A stretch of 64,000 bases of DNA from Actinomycetota bacterium (GCA_046733295.1 JBKPOY010000038.1:4951-68950), one strand, 5' to 3'. Counted from the stretch's first letter, positions 25,244 through 43,359 are shown. Program-made: numbers and translations. Notes: generated by a model from the letters alone, not told the origin.

Positions 25244-25761
25244 GGCGACAAGACCTGAGCAGACCACGCGCCGTCTCGCGCGCGCGTGTAACGGGTCCGT
25301 TCGTGCAGGCGATTGTCACGGTGCTCCCAGAACTCCACGGCGTCGGGCCGCAGCCTGAAGCCGCCCCAGTGCGGCGGCAGCGGCACGTCGCGCCCTTCGT
25401 GCTCGCGCTCCAGTTCGGCGTAGCGCCGCTCGAGCTCCTCACGGCCGGCCAGCGGGCGGCTCTGCTCAGACGCCCACGCCGCGAGCTGGCTGCCGCGCGG
25501 CCGGGATGCAAAGTACGCCGCCGACTCGTCCTGCGAGACCCGCTCGACGACGCCCTCCACGCGCACCTGTCGGCCCTGAGCCTGCCAGTAGAAGACGAGC
25601 GCGGCGCGCGGGTTCTCCGCGAGCTCGCCGCCCTTCCGACTCTCGTAGCCGGTGTAGAAGACGAACCCGTCCCGATCCACGTTTTTCAGCAGCACCATTC
25701 GTGCCGACGGCGCCCCGTCGGCCGCCGCGGTGGCGAGCGTCATCGTCTCGGGCACGTGCAC
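25240..25761 (-). CDS. pdxH: pyridoxamine 5'-phosphate oxidase; ORF-track start GTG 25761 truncates the conserved N-terminus (see finding)
   Basis: TLATAAADGAPSARMVLLK, FVFYTGYESRKG, FWEHRDNRLHERTRY. Upstream in-frame DPLDRFDAWFREA has no ATG/GTG/TTG. Confidence 0.85.
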   Translation of the reverse strand: MHVPETMTLATAAADGAPSARMVLLKNVDRDGFVFYTGYESRKGGELAENPRAALVFYWQAQGRQVRVEGVVERVSQDESAAYFASRPRGSQLAAWASEQSRPLAGREELERRYAELEREHEGRDVPLPPHWGGFRLRPDAVEFWEHRDNRLHERTRYTRARDGAWSAQVLSP

Positions 25762-25817
25762 GCCGGCCTCGCGGGCCTCGCGAAACCAGGCGTCGAACCG
25801 ATCGAGAGGATCGTCGC

Positions 25818-26522
25818 TCAGCGCCGCCAGCCCGACTCGAGCAGCTCCCGAACCTCCTCGACGCCCGCGGCCCAGATGCGCAGCATCTCCTCGTCAGGGC
25901 GTTCGTAGAGGCCGCCGAAGCTGCCGTCGCCGATCACGTCGCGCAGCTGCTCGGGGCCGGCGACGAGATACGCCGCCTCGTCCATCATCGGCTTGCCTTC
26001 CGGCAGCTCCACGCCCTCGAGCCGCGTCCACGGGAAGTTCTCGCCCCAGTTGGCGTGCGAGTACTCGGGATCGATCGCCAGCGCGACCTCCCGCACCTTC
26101 GGCCCGGCCCACCACGAGTGGAAGATCGCCTGCGCGTCGGCCCGGTCGGCAGTCCACTCCCGCGCGATCGGCCCCGCGGGCGTGTTGCCGCCGTGCCCGT
26201 TGACGATCAAGACCCGCCGGAACCCCTGGCCGTAGAGCGAGTCGAGCAGCTCCCGCAACAGCGCCGCGTACGTCTCGACGCGCAACGTCGGGCTCCCCGG
26301 GTACGCCGACGCGAACATGGCCGTCAGCCCGTAGGGCAGCACCGAGAGGACGGGCACGCCGAGCGGCTCCGCCGCCTCCTCCGACACGCGCTGGGCGAGG
26401 ATGTTGTCCGTCTCGAGCGAGAGGTACCCGTGCTGCTCGGTGGAGCCGAGCGGCAGCACAATGCGATCGTCGCCCTCGAGGTACTCCTCGAGCTGCATCC
26501 AGTTGAGATCGCGAATCCTCAC
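25818..26522 (-). CDS. creatininase-family amidohydrolase
   Basis: LPLGSTEQHGYLSLETD, LIVNGHGGN. Confidence 0.85.
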   Translation of the reverse strand: MRIRDLNWMQLEEYLEGDDRIVLPLGSTEQHGYLSLETDNILAQRVSEEAAEPLGVPVLSVLPYGLTAMFASAYPGSPTLRVETYAALLRELLDSLYGQGFRRVLIVNGHGGNTPAGPIAREWTADRADAQAIFHSWWAGPKVREVALAIDPEYSHANWGENFPWTRLEGVELPEGKPMMDEAAYLVAGPEQLRDVIGDGSFGGLYERPDEEMLRIWAAGVEEVRELLESGWRR

Positions 26523-27308
26523 CTAGACCAGCTCCAGCGAGGCGCGCCGGCGCCCCTCGGCCTCGAAGACGCGCAGGGAGACGTACGCGGCGGCGAAGTA
26601 GCAGACGCCGATCAACGCCTCCTTGCCGACGAGCCCGGCGACCGAGTCGAGGGAGGCACCGGCCGCGATCAGGCGGGCGGCGGCGATCCCGTGTGTGAGC
26701 GGCATGCAGCTGCCGACGACCTGCATCCAGTGCGGCAGCGCGACGAGCGGCACGTTCACACCGCAGAAGAGAAGCATGAGGAAGTACGCCGGGTTGGAGA
26801 AGGTGAACACATCGCGCAGTCTGAGCCCGAACGCGCCGACGAGCAGCCCGAAGCCGGTGCAGGAGGCGGTGGAGACGAGCACGACCAGGGCGAGCGCCGG
26901 CAGGCTCGACGGCGCCGGATGGAAATCGAGGAACAGCCGGCCGACGAGGAAGCCGAACGCAGAGACGATGAAGCCGTTGACGATCTGCGGCAGCGCGCGG
27001 CCGAGAAAGAGCGCCATCCTGTTCGCCGGCGTGGCGAGCAGCGGGGCAAGCGTCTGCGACCAGCGCTCGCCGCCGATCGTCATCGCGACCCCGTAGACAC
27101 CTGCCATAGCGGAGACCTGGACGGCGTTGCCGACGACGTAGAACGCATCGTTCCGCACGCCGCTGAAGCGGCCGAGGTAGGCGAAGAAGAGCACCTGGAA
27201 GAGTGGGTGGCCGAGCATCGTCGGGATGTAGAACGCCGGGCTCTGCCAGCTGAAGAGGGCGCGGTAGCTCATGGCGCCGCCGAGGAAGAAGACGCGCAGG
27301 CTGTTCAT
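26523..27308 (-). CDS. ABC-2 type transporter permease
   Basis: Six predicted TM segments. Adjacent to a second permease and a DrrA-like ATPase. Confidence 0.75.
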   Translation of the reverse strand: MNSLRVFFLGGAMSYRALFSWQSPAFYIPTMLGHPLFQVLFFAYLGRFSGVRNDAFYVVGNAVQVSAMAGVYGVAMTIGGERWSQTLAPLLATPANRMALFLGRALPQIVNGFIVSAFGFLVGRLFLDFHPAPSSLPALALVVLVSTASCTGFGLLVGAFGLRLRDVFTFSNPAYFLMLLFCGVNVPLVALPHWMQVVGSCMPLTHGIAAARLIAAGASLDSVAGLVGKEALIGVCYFAAAYVSLRVFEAEGRRRASLELV

Positions 27309-27345
27309 ACCAGGGCTGAGGCGTCGCTTGCGATGCCGTCCAAAA

Positions 27346-27370
27346 GGCGGCCCGATTCATTCGGGCTGCC
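27346..27370 (-). terminator. terminator-like hairpin between the two permease genes
   Basis: Minus strand reads GGCAGCCCGA-ATGAA-TCGGGCCGCC (one mismatch) followed by TTTTGG. Confidence 0.35.
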
Positions 27371-27414
27371 GCTAATCCCCGTCGCGGGCGCCGTGTGGTC
27401 GACGTCGATGCCTT

Positions 27415-28188
27415 TCATACCAATGAGAGAGACGCTTTCTCGCGGGCGCGCCGCTCGAAGATGTGCAGGAAGCCCTGGCCGATCACCAGGTAGAGCGCCC
27501 CGAGCAGCAGCGCGCAGCCGATCCCCGGCCACGGGTTCCCGCCGAACGTGGCGGCCCGGATCGCCCGGTAGCCCCAGGTCGGCGCCAGCCCCCAGGCCAG
27601 GTAATGAACCCAGCCGGGCAGGAGCGAGAGTGGCACGATCGCGCCGGTGACGAGCCAGACCGGAAACTCGAGCATGTTCGAGAGGGCGTTCGCCTCGCGG
27701 TAGAGGATGAAGCTCGAGCCGATCACGAGCCCGAGCACGCCGAGGGCGACGATCGTCACCGCCACGGCGAGCACGAACGCGACCGGATGGGCGAACGAAA
27801 GCGGGATCCCGAACACCAGCCGCCCCCAGAGCAGCGTCGAGCAGAGCGAGTAGACGCCGATCGTCGAGGCCGCGAGCGTCTGCGGGAAGAGCACGAGCAC
27901 GTAGGGCGGCGGTGCGACGATCAAGGGCTCGAGCACGCCCTGCCAGCGCTGGTAGTTGATCGCGCCACCCGCCCCGAACAGCGTCGCCGACCAGATCCCC
28001 ATCAGCCCGGCCGAGAGGGCCGCGTAGAGCAGCGTCCCGGGCTCGCGGCCGGCCTTGAAGAGGTAGTACGCCAGCGTCGCGAAGATGAGCGGCTCGATGA
28101 TCGCCGTGAACACGAAGATGCCCGCCTTCGTCGACGACTTCAGCTGGAACCACCAGGTGATCGCGATCAGCCGCGCGGTGGCCGTCAT
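27415..28188 (-). CDS. ABC-2 type transporter permease
   Basis: Multi-TM protein whose start overlaps the ATPase stop (ATGA-type overlap). Confidence 0.75.
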   Translation of the reverse strand: MTATARLIAITWWFQLKSSTKAGIFVFTAIIEPLIFATLAYYLFKAGREPGTLLYAALSAGLMGIWSATLFGAGGAINYQRWQGVLEPLIVAPPPYVLVLFPQTLAASTIGVYSLCSTLLWGRLVFGIPLSFAHPVAFVLAVAVTIVALGVLGLVIGSSFILYREANALSNMLEFPVWLVTGAIVPLSLLPGWVHYLAWGLAPTWGYRAIRAATFGGNPWPGIGCALLLGALYLVIGQGFLHIFERRAREKASLSLV

Positions 28189-29156
28189 TCGTCCTCCGTG
28201 ACCAGGCTCACGTAGGCGTCCTCGAGCGTCGGCTCGCGGGCGGCGACGCGGCCGACCCGCACGCCGTCGAGGTGCGCGAGCAGCTGCTGCGTGAGCTCGA
28301 GCCCGTGCGGCGACTGGACGACGAGGAGCTGCGCCTGCTCGCGATCCTCGACCGCCACCGAGGTGACTCCGGGGGCCTCGCGCAGCCGCCGGATCGCCGC
28401 CTCGGGCGCGCCGTAGGCCTCGATCTCGACGACCGTGCGATCGGCGACCACGCTCTTCAGGTCGGCCGGCGTCCCGGCGGCGACGATCTCCCCCCGGGAG
28501 ATGACGGCGATCCGGTCGCAGAGCGCGTCGGCTTCGTACATGTAGTGCGTCGTCAGCAGCACCGTCTTGCCCGATTCGGCGAGCTCGCCGATCGTGTGGC
28601 GGAGCTCACGTGCGCCGACCGGGTCGAGCCCGATCGTCGGCTCGTCCAGCACCACGACAGGCGGATCGTGGAGCAGGCCGCGGGCGATGTGCAGGCGCTG
28701 CCTCATGCCGCGGGAGTAGCCCTCGACGCGCTCCTTCTCCCGGCCGCGCAGCCCGACGAGCTCCAGCAGCTCCGGAATCCGGCGCTTCTGCACCTTCGGC
28801 GGCACCCCGTACAGCTCGGAGAAGTAGCGGAGGTTGTCGAGGCCGGTGAGCCGCTCGTACGCACCGCGGTCGCCGCCGAAGACATAGCCGATCCGCCGCC
28901 GCACCGCGCGCGCGTCGCGAACCACGTCGTAGCCGAGCACGCGCGCCGAGCCCGAGGTCGGGATCAGGAGCGTCACGAGCATCTTGATCGTCGTCGTCTT
29001 GCCGGCGCCGTTCGGGCCCAGCAGGCCGAACAGCTCGCCGGCGCTGACCTCGAAGTCGATCCCACGGACGGCCTCGATCGTCTTCGTCCGGCGACGCAGG
29101 AAGCCCGAGGTCTGCTTGTAGGTCCGGCGGAGTCCCTCCGCCTCGATCGCTGCCAC
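28185..29156 (-). CDS. ABC transporter ATP-binding protein (DrrA-like)
   Basis: Walker A GPNGAGKTTT, signature YSRGMRQRL, Walker B VVVLDEPT. Confidence 0.9.
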   Translation of the reverse strand: MAAIEAEGLRRTYKQTSGFLRRRTKTIEAVRGIDFEVSAGELFGLLGPNGAGKTTTIKMLVTLLIPTSGSARVLGYDVVRDARAVRRRIGYVFGGDRGAYERLTGLDNLRYFSELYGVPPKVQKRRIPELLELVGLRGREKERVEGYSRGMRQRLHIARGLLHDPPVVVLDEPTIGLDPVGARELRHTIGELAESGKTVLLTTHYMYEADALCDRIAVISRGEIVAAGTPADLKSVVADRTVVEIEAYGAPEAAIRRLREAPGVTSVAVEDREQAQLLVVQSPHGLELTQQLLAHLDGVRVGRVAAREPTLEDAYVSLVTEDE

Positions 29157-29235
29157 GGCGGCAGCCTAGCCCCCGCCAAGCGACGGACCCGGGCACGAGG
29201 AACGGAAAGATTCTCAGCTACACTCAGCCGCGCGC

Positions 29236-29309
29236 GGCGGCGTAGCTCAGTTGGTTAGAGCAGCGGAATCATAATCCGAAGGTCGAAGGTTCGAGTCCTT
29301 CCGCCGCTA
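29236..29309 (+). tRNA. tRNA-Met (CAU), elongator type (Ile2/lysidine not excluded)
   Basis: Acceptor GGCGGCG/CGCCGCT, D arm TAGCTCAGTTGGTTAGAGC, anticodon loop ATCATAA, T arm GAAGGTTCGAGTCCTTC. Confidence 0.85.
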
Positions 29310-29353
29310 TCTCTCAGCGCAAAGACGGATAATCAAACGAGGAGCTCGTAGGC

Positions 29354-29515
29354 TTGGCAACCGGAGTCAGAGATGCGATCACCCTCGCTTGCACCGACTG
29401 CAAGCGGCGGAACTACCAGACGACGAAGTCGAAGCGGAACACGCCCGACCGCGTCGAGCTGCGCAAGTACTGCCGCTGGTGCGGGAGGCACACCGCTCAC
29501 CGGGAGACGCGCTAG
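29354..29515 (+). CDS. rpmG: 50S ribosomal protein L33 (Cys4 zinc form); below the ORF-track size cutoff
   Basis: TTG start 9 nt after GAGGAG. Hand translation [53 protein letters not shown]. Confidence 0.85.
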   Translation: MATGVRDAITLACTDCKRRNYQTTKSKRNTPDRVELRKYCRWCGRHTAHRETR

Positions 29516-29517
29516 CC

Positions 29518-29850
29518 GTGGCCAAGCAGACTCGAGCCCAGCGACGCGCCCGCCGCGCGGAGCAGCAGCGCCAGGGCAACGGAGCCGAGTCGGCGCCCGT
29601 GCAGCGGTCCGCGCAGATGCGCCCCGCCGCACCGGCGACGGCCTCCGAGCGACATGTGCCGGGGTCGGGCCTGAGGCGGTTCATCGGCGAGTCGTGGGCC
29701 GAGTTGAAGAAAGTCGAGTGGCCCGGGCAGCCTCAGCTGATCCAGGGCACCACCGTCGTGCTGATCGCCTGCGTGATCGTCGGCGCCTACCTCTGGGTCG
29801 CCGACCTTGCGTTCAAGCGGCTCGTCCAGAACGTCTTCCTTGGGCAGTAG
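29518..29850 (+). CDS. secE: preprotein translocase subunit SecE
   Basis: GTG 2 nt after the rpmG stop. Basic N-terminus, ELKKVEWP motif and a single TM helix. The ORF-track start 29389 would overlap rpmG. Confidence 0.75.
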   Translation: MAKQTRAQRRARRAEQQRQGNGAESAPVQRSAQMRPAAPATASERHVPGSGLRRFIGESWAELKKVEWPGQPQLIQGTTVVLIACVIVGAYLWVADLAFKRLVQNVFLGQ

Positions 29851-29901
29851 CGAACTTGGGAACTCTCGTCCGATGACGATCTGTGGAAGTGAGGACACCT
29901 A

Positions 29902-30432
29902 GTGTTCAGGTGGTACGCGATCAACACGTACTCGGGGCACGAGAACAAGGTCAAGACGAACCTCGAGCACCGCATCGACTCGATGAACCAGCACACGCGC
30001 TTCCGCCGCGTCGTCGTGCCGACCGAACAGGTGATCGAGACGAAGGACGGCCAGAAGGTGCAGACGGAGAAGCGGATCCTGCCCGGCTACGTGCTCGTCA
30101 ACATGGACCTGAACGACGACGCCTGGACGGTCGTGAAGAACACGCCGGGCGTCACGGGCTTCGTCGGAGCCGGCACGAAACCCGTCCCGCTGTCCCAGGG
30201 TGAGGTCGACCGGATTCTCCGCACCGGCGCGACCGCCGGCGAGCGCCCGAGGGCGCAGGTCGAGTTCTCGCTCGGCGAGTCGGTGAAGGTAACGTCGGGC
30301 CCGCTCTCCGACTTCGACGGCGAGATCGTCGACGTCAATCCCGACCAGCAGAAGCTGAAGGTGCTCGTAGACATCTTCGAGCGCCAGGTGCCCGTGGAGC
30401 TGGGCTTCGACCAGGTGAAGAAAATTGACTAG
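29902..30432 (+). CDS. nusG: transcription termination/antitermination factor NusG
   Basis: WYAINTYSGHENKV NGN domain. KOW motif GESVKVTSGPLSDFDGEI. Confidence 0.95.
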   Translation: MFRWYAINTYSGHENKVKTNLEHRIDSMNQHTRFRRVVVPTEQVIETKDGQKVQTEKRILPGYVLVNMDLNDDAWTVVKNTPGVTGFVGAGTKPVPLSQGEVDRILRTGATAGERPRAQVEFSLGESVKVTSGPLSDFDGEIVDVNPDQQKLKVLVDIFERQVPVELGFDQVKKID

Positions 30433-30494
30433 GCACGGCGATACGACGGAACGACCCATGACGGTGCAACAGCGCCGTAACCAGGACGCGTAGC

Positions 30495-30920
30495 GTGGCC
30501 AAGAAGGTTTTGACACTCATCAAGCTGCAGATCCCGGGCGGGCAGGCGAACCCGGCGCCGCCGGTCGGCCCTGCGCTCGGCCAGCACGGCGTCAACATCA
30601 TGGAGTTCTGCAAGGCGTTCAACGCTCAGACGGGCGACCAGAACGGGCGGATCATCCCGGTCGAGATCACGGTTTACGAGGACCGCTCGTTCGACTTCAT
30701 CACGAAGACGCCGCCGGCCGCCGTCCTGATCAAAGAGGCGCTGAGGCTGGAGAAGGGCTCCGGCGAGCCGAACCGGGAGAAGGTGGGCCGCCTCACCCGT
30801 GACCAGGTCCGCTCGATCGCGGAGACGAAGATGCCCGACCTGAACGCCAGAGATGTCGAGGAAGCCATGAAAGTGGTCGCCGGGACAGCGCGAAGCATGG
30901 GCGTGGAGACCGACCTTTGA
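30495..30920 (+). CDS. rplK: 50S ribosomal protein L11
   Basis: [35 protein letters not shown]. Confidence 0.97.
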   Translation: MAKKVLTLIKLQIPGGQANPAPPVGPALGQHGVNIMEFCKAFNAQTGDQNGRIIPVEITVYEDRSFDFITKTPPAAVLIKEALRLEKGSGEPNREKVGRLTRDQVRSIAETKMPDLNARDVEEAMKVVAGTARSMGVETDL

Positions 30921-31660
30921 GCCGGCACGGGAAGGACTACCGAGGTGCCCGCGCGGAGATCGACCGCGAGCGGCTCTACTCGCCGGCCGAGGCGATCCGG
31001 ATGCTGAAGGGCTTTCCGGAGAAGAAGTTCGACGAGACGGTCGAGGTGCACTTCAACCTGGGCCTCAACGTCCGCCACGCCGAGCAGCAGCTGCGCGGGA
31101 CGCTGATGCTCCCCCACGGCACCGGCCGCGAGTCCAAGGTTGCGGTCTTCGCCGAGGGGGACAAGGCACGCGAGGCGCAGGAGGCCGGCGCGGACGTCGT
31201 CGGCACGGGCGAGCTCGCGAAGCAGATCGAGGAGGGTTTCGACGACTTCGACGTCGCAATCGCGACGCCCGACCAGATGAGCGTCGTCGGCAAGCTCGGG
31301 CGGATTCTCGGCCCACGGGGGAAGATGCCCAACCCGAAGACCGGCACGGTGACGATGGACGTCGCGAAGGCGGTCCAGGAGGCGAAGGCCGGCAAGCTCG
31401 AGTACCGCACCGACCGCGGTGCGAACGTCCACGTCACGCTCGGCAAGAAGAGCTTCGACGAGAAGCAGCTGGCCGAGAACTACGCCGCGCTGATCGACGA
31501 GATCATGCGCGCCAAGCCTGCGGCCGCCAAGGGCCGCTACATTCACGGCGTTACACTGACCACCACGATGGGCCCCGGGATCCATGTCGACCCGGCGCGG
31601 ACGAGGGGCATCGTCGAGGAGCTCGAGGAGACACCCGCAGAAGAAGCTGTACCCGCGTAA
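30917..31660 (+). CDS. rplA: 50S ribosomal protein L1
   Basis: TTGA overlap with rpl[25 protein letters not shown]. Confidence 0.95.
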   Translation: MSRHGKDYRGARAEIDRERLYSPAEAIRMLKGFPEKKFDETVEVHFNLGLNVRHAEQQLRGTLMLPHGTGRESKVAVFAEGDKAREAQEAGADVVGTGELAKQIEEGFDDFDVAIATPDQMSVVGKLGRILGPRGKMPNPKTGTVTMDVAKAVQEAKAGKLEYRTDRGANVHVTLGKKSFDEKQLAENYAALIDEIMRAKPAAAKGRYIHGVTLTTTMGPGIHVDPARTRGIVEELEETPAEEAVPA

Positions 31661-31791
31661 GAAAGCCCGTCGCCGAAGACCGCTGGCAGCCGCGAGGCGG
31701 AAGTCCAGCCGAGGCGGATCGGAAGCAGCGCATCGACGCTCCTGCCGAGCCCGCCCGAGTGCGGGCTCGATTCGTAAGAGGAGGTGATTCG
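31661..31791 (+). promoter_or_regulatory. possible rplJL autoregulatory leader
   Basis: 131-nt untranslated spacer with an 8-bp hairpin GAGCCCGC/GCGGGCTC (31747-31769) just upstream of a strong AGGAGG SD. Confidence 0.35.
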
Positions 31792-32496
31792 ATGCTGAGA
31801 GGAGACAAGGAACGGATTGTCAGCGAGTTGGCGGAGCGCCTGAAGAGCTCGCAGAACCTGCTGGTCGCCGACTACCGAGGGCTGACCATGCCCGAGATCG
31901 ACGAGCTGCGGACGAAGCTGCTCGAGAGCGGTGCCCGCTTCTCGGTCGTCAAGAACACGCTCACCCGCAGGGCCGCGGAGGAGGCCGGCGTCACGCCGCT
32001 GCTCGACCTGATCGACGGGCCCACGGCGATCGCGTTCATCGACGCCGACGGCGATCCCGCGGCCGCTGCGAAGATCTTGAACGACACCGCGAGGACGAAC
32101 GACGTCCTCGTGATCCGCGGCGGCCTGCTCGAGGGGGACACCGTCTCGGACGCCGAGGTGAAACGACTGGCGTCGCTGCCGCCGACTGACGTGCTCCGCG
32201 CACAGCTCGCCGGCGCCGTCGCCGCTCCCTTGACCACCGTCGTCGGCCTGTTCACCGCGCCGCTCCGCGACCTCGTCAATGTCATCGACGCACGGATCAA
32301 ACAGCTGCAGGACCAGGGCGAGACAGCGCCGGAGCCTGAGGCCGAGGCGGCAGCGGTGGAGCCGGCAGCCGAGGAGGCCGCGGCTGAGCCAGAGCCCACC
32401 GCAAAGGCTGAGCCGGAATCGAAAACAGCGGAATCAACGGAGGAGCCGTCGGCCGAAGCCGATCAGGCTTCGGCCGAATCGAAGGAGGAGCATTAA
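31792..32496 (+). CDS. rplJ: 50S ribosomal protein L10, with ~60-aa acidic C-terminal extension
   Basis: ATG 31792 preceded by AAGAGGAGG. LVADYRGLTMPEIDELR. Confidence 0.93.
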   Translation: MLRGDKERIVSELAERLKSSQNLLVADYRGLTMPEIDELRTKLLESGARFSVVKNTLTRRAAEEAGVTPLLDLIDGPTAIAFIDADGDPAAAAKILNDTARTNDVLVIRGGLLEGDTVSDAEVKRLASLPPTDVLRAQLAGAVAAPLTTVVGLFTAPLRDLVNVIDARIKQLQDQGETAPEPEAEAAAVEPAAEEAAAEPEPTAKAEPESKTAESTEEPSAEADQASAESKEEH

Positions 32497-32886
32497 ATGG
32501 CGAAGACCGACACCGACAAGCTCGTTCAGGACCTCGGGGGCATGACCGTCCTCGACCTGGTCGAGCTGAAGAACAAGCTCGAGGAGGAATGGGGCGTGAC
32601 CGCCGCCGCTCCGGTCGCGGTCGCGGCCGCGGGCGCTCCGGCAGCGGGCGGCGACGGCGCCCCCGCCGAGGAGCAGTCGAGCTTCGACGTCGTCCTCAGC
32701 GAGGCCGGCGGTCAGAAGATCCAGGTGATCAAGGTCGTCCGGGCGGTCACCGGCCTCGGCCTGAAGGAGGCGAAGGATCTCGTCGACGGCGCGCCGAACC
32801 CGGTCAAGGAAGGCGTAGCGAAGGAGGAGGCCGACACCATCAAGGGCCAGCTCGAGGAAGCGGGAGCGACCGTCGAGCTGAAGTAG
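32497..32886 (+). CDS. rplL: 50S ribosomal protein L7/L12
   Basis: [24 protein letters not shown]. Confidence 0.97.
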   Translation: MAKTDTDKLVQDLGGMTVLDLVELKNKLEEEWGVTAAAPVAVAAAGAPAAGGDGAPAEEQSSFDVVLSEAGGQKIQVIKVVRAVTGLGLKEAKDLVDGAPNPVKEGVAKEEADTIKGQLEEAGATVELK

Positions 32887-32892
32887 TCGCGC

Positions 32893-32916
32893 GGGGCCGG
32901 CCTCGAGCCGGCTCCC
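32893..32916 (+). terminator. attenuator-like hairpin after rplL
   Basis: GGGGCCGGC-CTCGA-GCCGGCTCC (9 bp including one G-U). Poor T tract. Confidence 0.35.
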
Positions 32917-33248
32917 CTTCTACCCTGTTCCAGTGATTTCGCGGGGCTTGCGCGCAGGAATCCGCCCGCAGCGGCACCTCCACGGGAGGAACCCCTTCAC
33001 CCCAACGAATACGCTCGCAAAGAGCCCGAAGGAAGCGCGCTCGTTCGTCTAGACGAAACGACACCGGAGGCCCCGCGGGGCGCCTTGGGTGCTTTTCGTT
33101 CCCGAGATCGTCTATAGTGGCCCGAACGGCTGCCTCCCGCGGGCTTTGCCTTGCGCAGGAGGACCCTCTTTCGCTATCTTTGTGGGTCGCGCCGTAGTTT
33201 CGCCTGTCCGCATTTCACCATTAGAGCCGTAAAGGGAGGCACCCCCAC

Positions 33249-36866
<3,618 letters not shown>

Positions 36867-36942
36867 AAAGAGACCGCGCGCAGACCATCGGCCTGGCGGC
36901 CGAGGCCTCACACGCTCAGAGCAGAGAGGAAGGAAGAGACGT

Positions 36943-41478
<4,536 letters not shown>

Positions 41479-41481
41479 AAC

Positions 41482-41514
41482 GTGAGGCCCTCTCCGGAGG
41501 GCCTCACTCTTTCC
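41482..41514 (+). terminator. rho-independent terminator after rpoC
   Basis: 11-bp stem GTGAGGCCCTC/GAGGGCCTCAC with 4-nt loop, then TCTTTCC. Confidence 0.7.
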
Positions 41515-41534
41515 TGGTAGAAACTGCCGTTGGA

Positions 41535-43334
41535 GTGAAACGGGTCGCACTCCTTCTGCTCCTCGTCGCGGCGGGGCTGAGCGCGTCGGCGAACACGCCT
41601 GCGCCGTCGACGGCTGCGAAGACCGACACCTGCTCGCTGCCGGCGAAGAAGCCCGTCTGGATCGACTTCGCCGACGGGTCGGTTCCGTACTGGGAGCAGT
41701 TCGCGCAACCGGGCCTCGTCGCCGCAGCCGCGAACTTCATCTTCCCGCCCCAGATCCGGGCGCGCGGTGCGAAGACGGTCTACTTCGACCTCAACTTCAC
41801 GCGGCGGACCGGCACGCCGACCGAACCGGCCGACCCCGCGACCGTCGCCGATCGAGCGAGTCGCTTCTACACCTATGCCTCGAGCTCAATGGGCTGCGCG
41901 AAGCCGCTCATGGCCGAGAACGAGCTCCAGGGCGCGAGCACGCTGACGCCGTGGAGCCCGACGAACGCGCAGTACCGCCAGAACGTCCTCATCTTCCTGC
42001 GCACGCTCGCGGCGCGTGGCGCGCGGCCGGTGCTGCTCGTCTCCAGCACGCCCTACACGGGCGGCGAGGCCGCGGACTGGTGGCGCGAGGTCGCGCAGGT
42101 GGCGCAGATCGTCCGCGAGGTGTACTTCCCCGCGCCGAAGATCTACAAGCTCGGCACGATTCAGGGCAGCCGGACGTTGCGGCAGATGTTCCGCGCCGGG
42201 GCCGAGGACTTCATCTCGATCGGCATCCCGCCATCGAAGCTCGGGATCATGCTCGGCTTTCATACGACGCCGGGCTCGGGAGGGCGTGAGCGGCTCCGGC
42301 CGGCTTCGAAGTGGTTCGAGGTGACGAAGCTGCAGACGCTCGCCGCGAAGGAGGTCGGGCGGGATCTCGGCCTCGCGACGATCTGGTCGTGGGGCTGGGC
42401 CACGTGGACGGCCGCCGAGTCGGACCCGGACAAGCCCGCTAACGCGTGCGTCTACCTCTGGACCCGCGACCCGAAGCTCTGCAACGCACCGGCGAGGGTC
42501 GGGAAGGCGCTCAACCCGGATCGCACCGAGGGGCAGCTGATCTTCCCGCGCGGCGCCCGTTGCACCGTGTACGGCCGCCCCGTGCGCTGGGGCGTGGCGG
42601 CAGCGATCTCCCGCGTGACCCAGGATCCGCAGGCCGCGTTCACCGCCGCCTACTCGCGCGCGGTCGCGAGCTCGTACGCGCACGTGAGCACCAAGGCGGT
42701 CCTCGCGGCGGAGAAGGCGGTGATCAACCTCCACTTCGGCGGCAGCCGCGCCGCCTACGTCGCCGCGCTCGCGCGGACGCGCGCGTACGTCGGCACCGCG
42801 CGCGGGGTGATCGCGGACGAGCTGCGGCGGTCGATCATCCAGAAGCGGATCCGCGTGGCCGCTCCGTCCGGGTCGTCGATCCACTCGTACTACGACACCT
42901 ACGCAGCGGCGCCGGTGCGGCTGGTCGAGGTGAAGCCGGCGGCTCCGTGGCTCGGCAACAGGCGGCGCGGGTTCGCTCTTGGAGCGGTCGCGCCCCCGCG
43001 CGTCTTCACGCTGAAGGCCGGCCAGCAGGCGACCGTGCGCACCATGACCGGCACGTTCAAGATCAAGCCTGTCGGCCCGACCATCGCGCTCGCGGAGCTG
43101 CCTCTCTCGAAGGCGCGCAGGCCGATCGCGACCGCGCTCGTTTCGCTCGCCCGCGACACGGCGTACCAGAACTGGCTCCTCTACCGGCAGAATTCGGCCC
43201 TGAACGCGACGCTCTGCTGGCGTGACCAGCTGCCGGCCGTCGAGGTCGTGCCGCTGACCGACTACCTGCCATACCTGGCCCTCGACTCGGGCGCCGCCTC
43301 GTCGACGACCGGCCTGGGCCGCCGCGGCGGCTAG
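41535..43334 (+). CDS. secreted hypothetical protein (N-terminal TIM-barrel/glycosidase-like half is a guess)
   Basis: GTG start. Signal peptide MKRVALLLLLVAAGLSASA. MAENELQG and WSWGWATW motifs. No confident family. Confidence 0.55.
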   Translation: MKRVALLLLLVAAGLSASANTPAPSTAAKTDTCSLPAKKPVWIDFADGSVPYWEQFAQPGLVAAAANFIFPPQIRARGAKTVYFDLNFTRRTGTPTEPADPATVADRASRFYTYASSSMGCAKPLMAENELQGASTLTPWSPTNAQYRQNVLIFLRTLAARGARPVLLVSSTPYTGGEAADWWREVAQVAQIVREVYFPAPKIYKLGTIQGSRTLRQMFRAGAEDFISIGIPPSKLGIMLGFHTTPGSGGRERLRPASKWFEVTKLQTLAAKEVGRDLGLATIWSWGWATWTAAESDPDKPANACVYLWTRDPKLCNAPARVGKALNPDRTEGQLIFPRGARCTVYGRPVRWGVAAAISRVTQDPQAAFTAAYSRAVASSYAHVSTKAVLAAEKAVINLHFGGSRAAYVAALARTRAYVGTARGVIADELRRSIIQKRIRVAAPSGSSIHSYYDTYAAAPVRLVEVKPAAPWLGNRRRGFALGAVAPPRVFTLKAGQQATVRTMTGTFKIKPVGPTIALAELPLSKARRPIATALVSLARDTAYQNWLLYRQNSALNATLCWRDQLPAVEVVPLTDYLPYLALDSGAASSTTGLGRRGG

Positions 43335-43359
43335 CCCCGTCCCCTTCCAGTCCCGTCCT

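Noticed and set aside
29389-29517. ORF-track N-terminal extensions of real genes: secE from 29389, rpsL from 44861, rplJ from 31759, rpsC from 52408, adk from 60057.
   Set aside because: These extensions overlap upstream genes or lack an SD. Conserved N-termini and SD or coupling signals support the internal starts 29518, 44945, 31792, 52909 and 61311.
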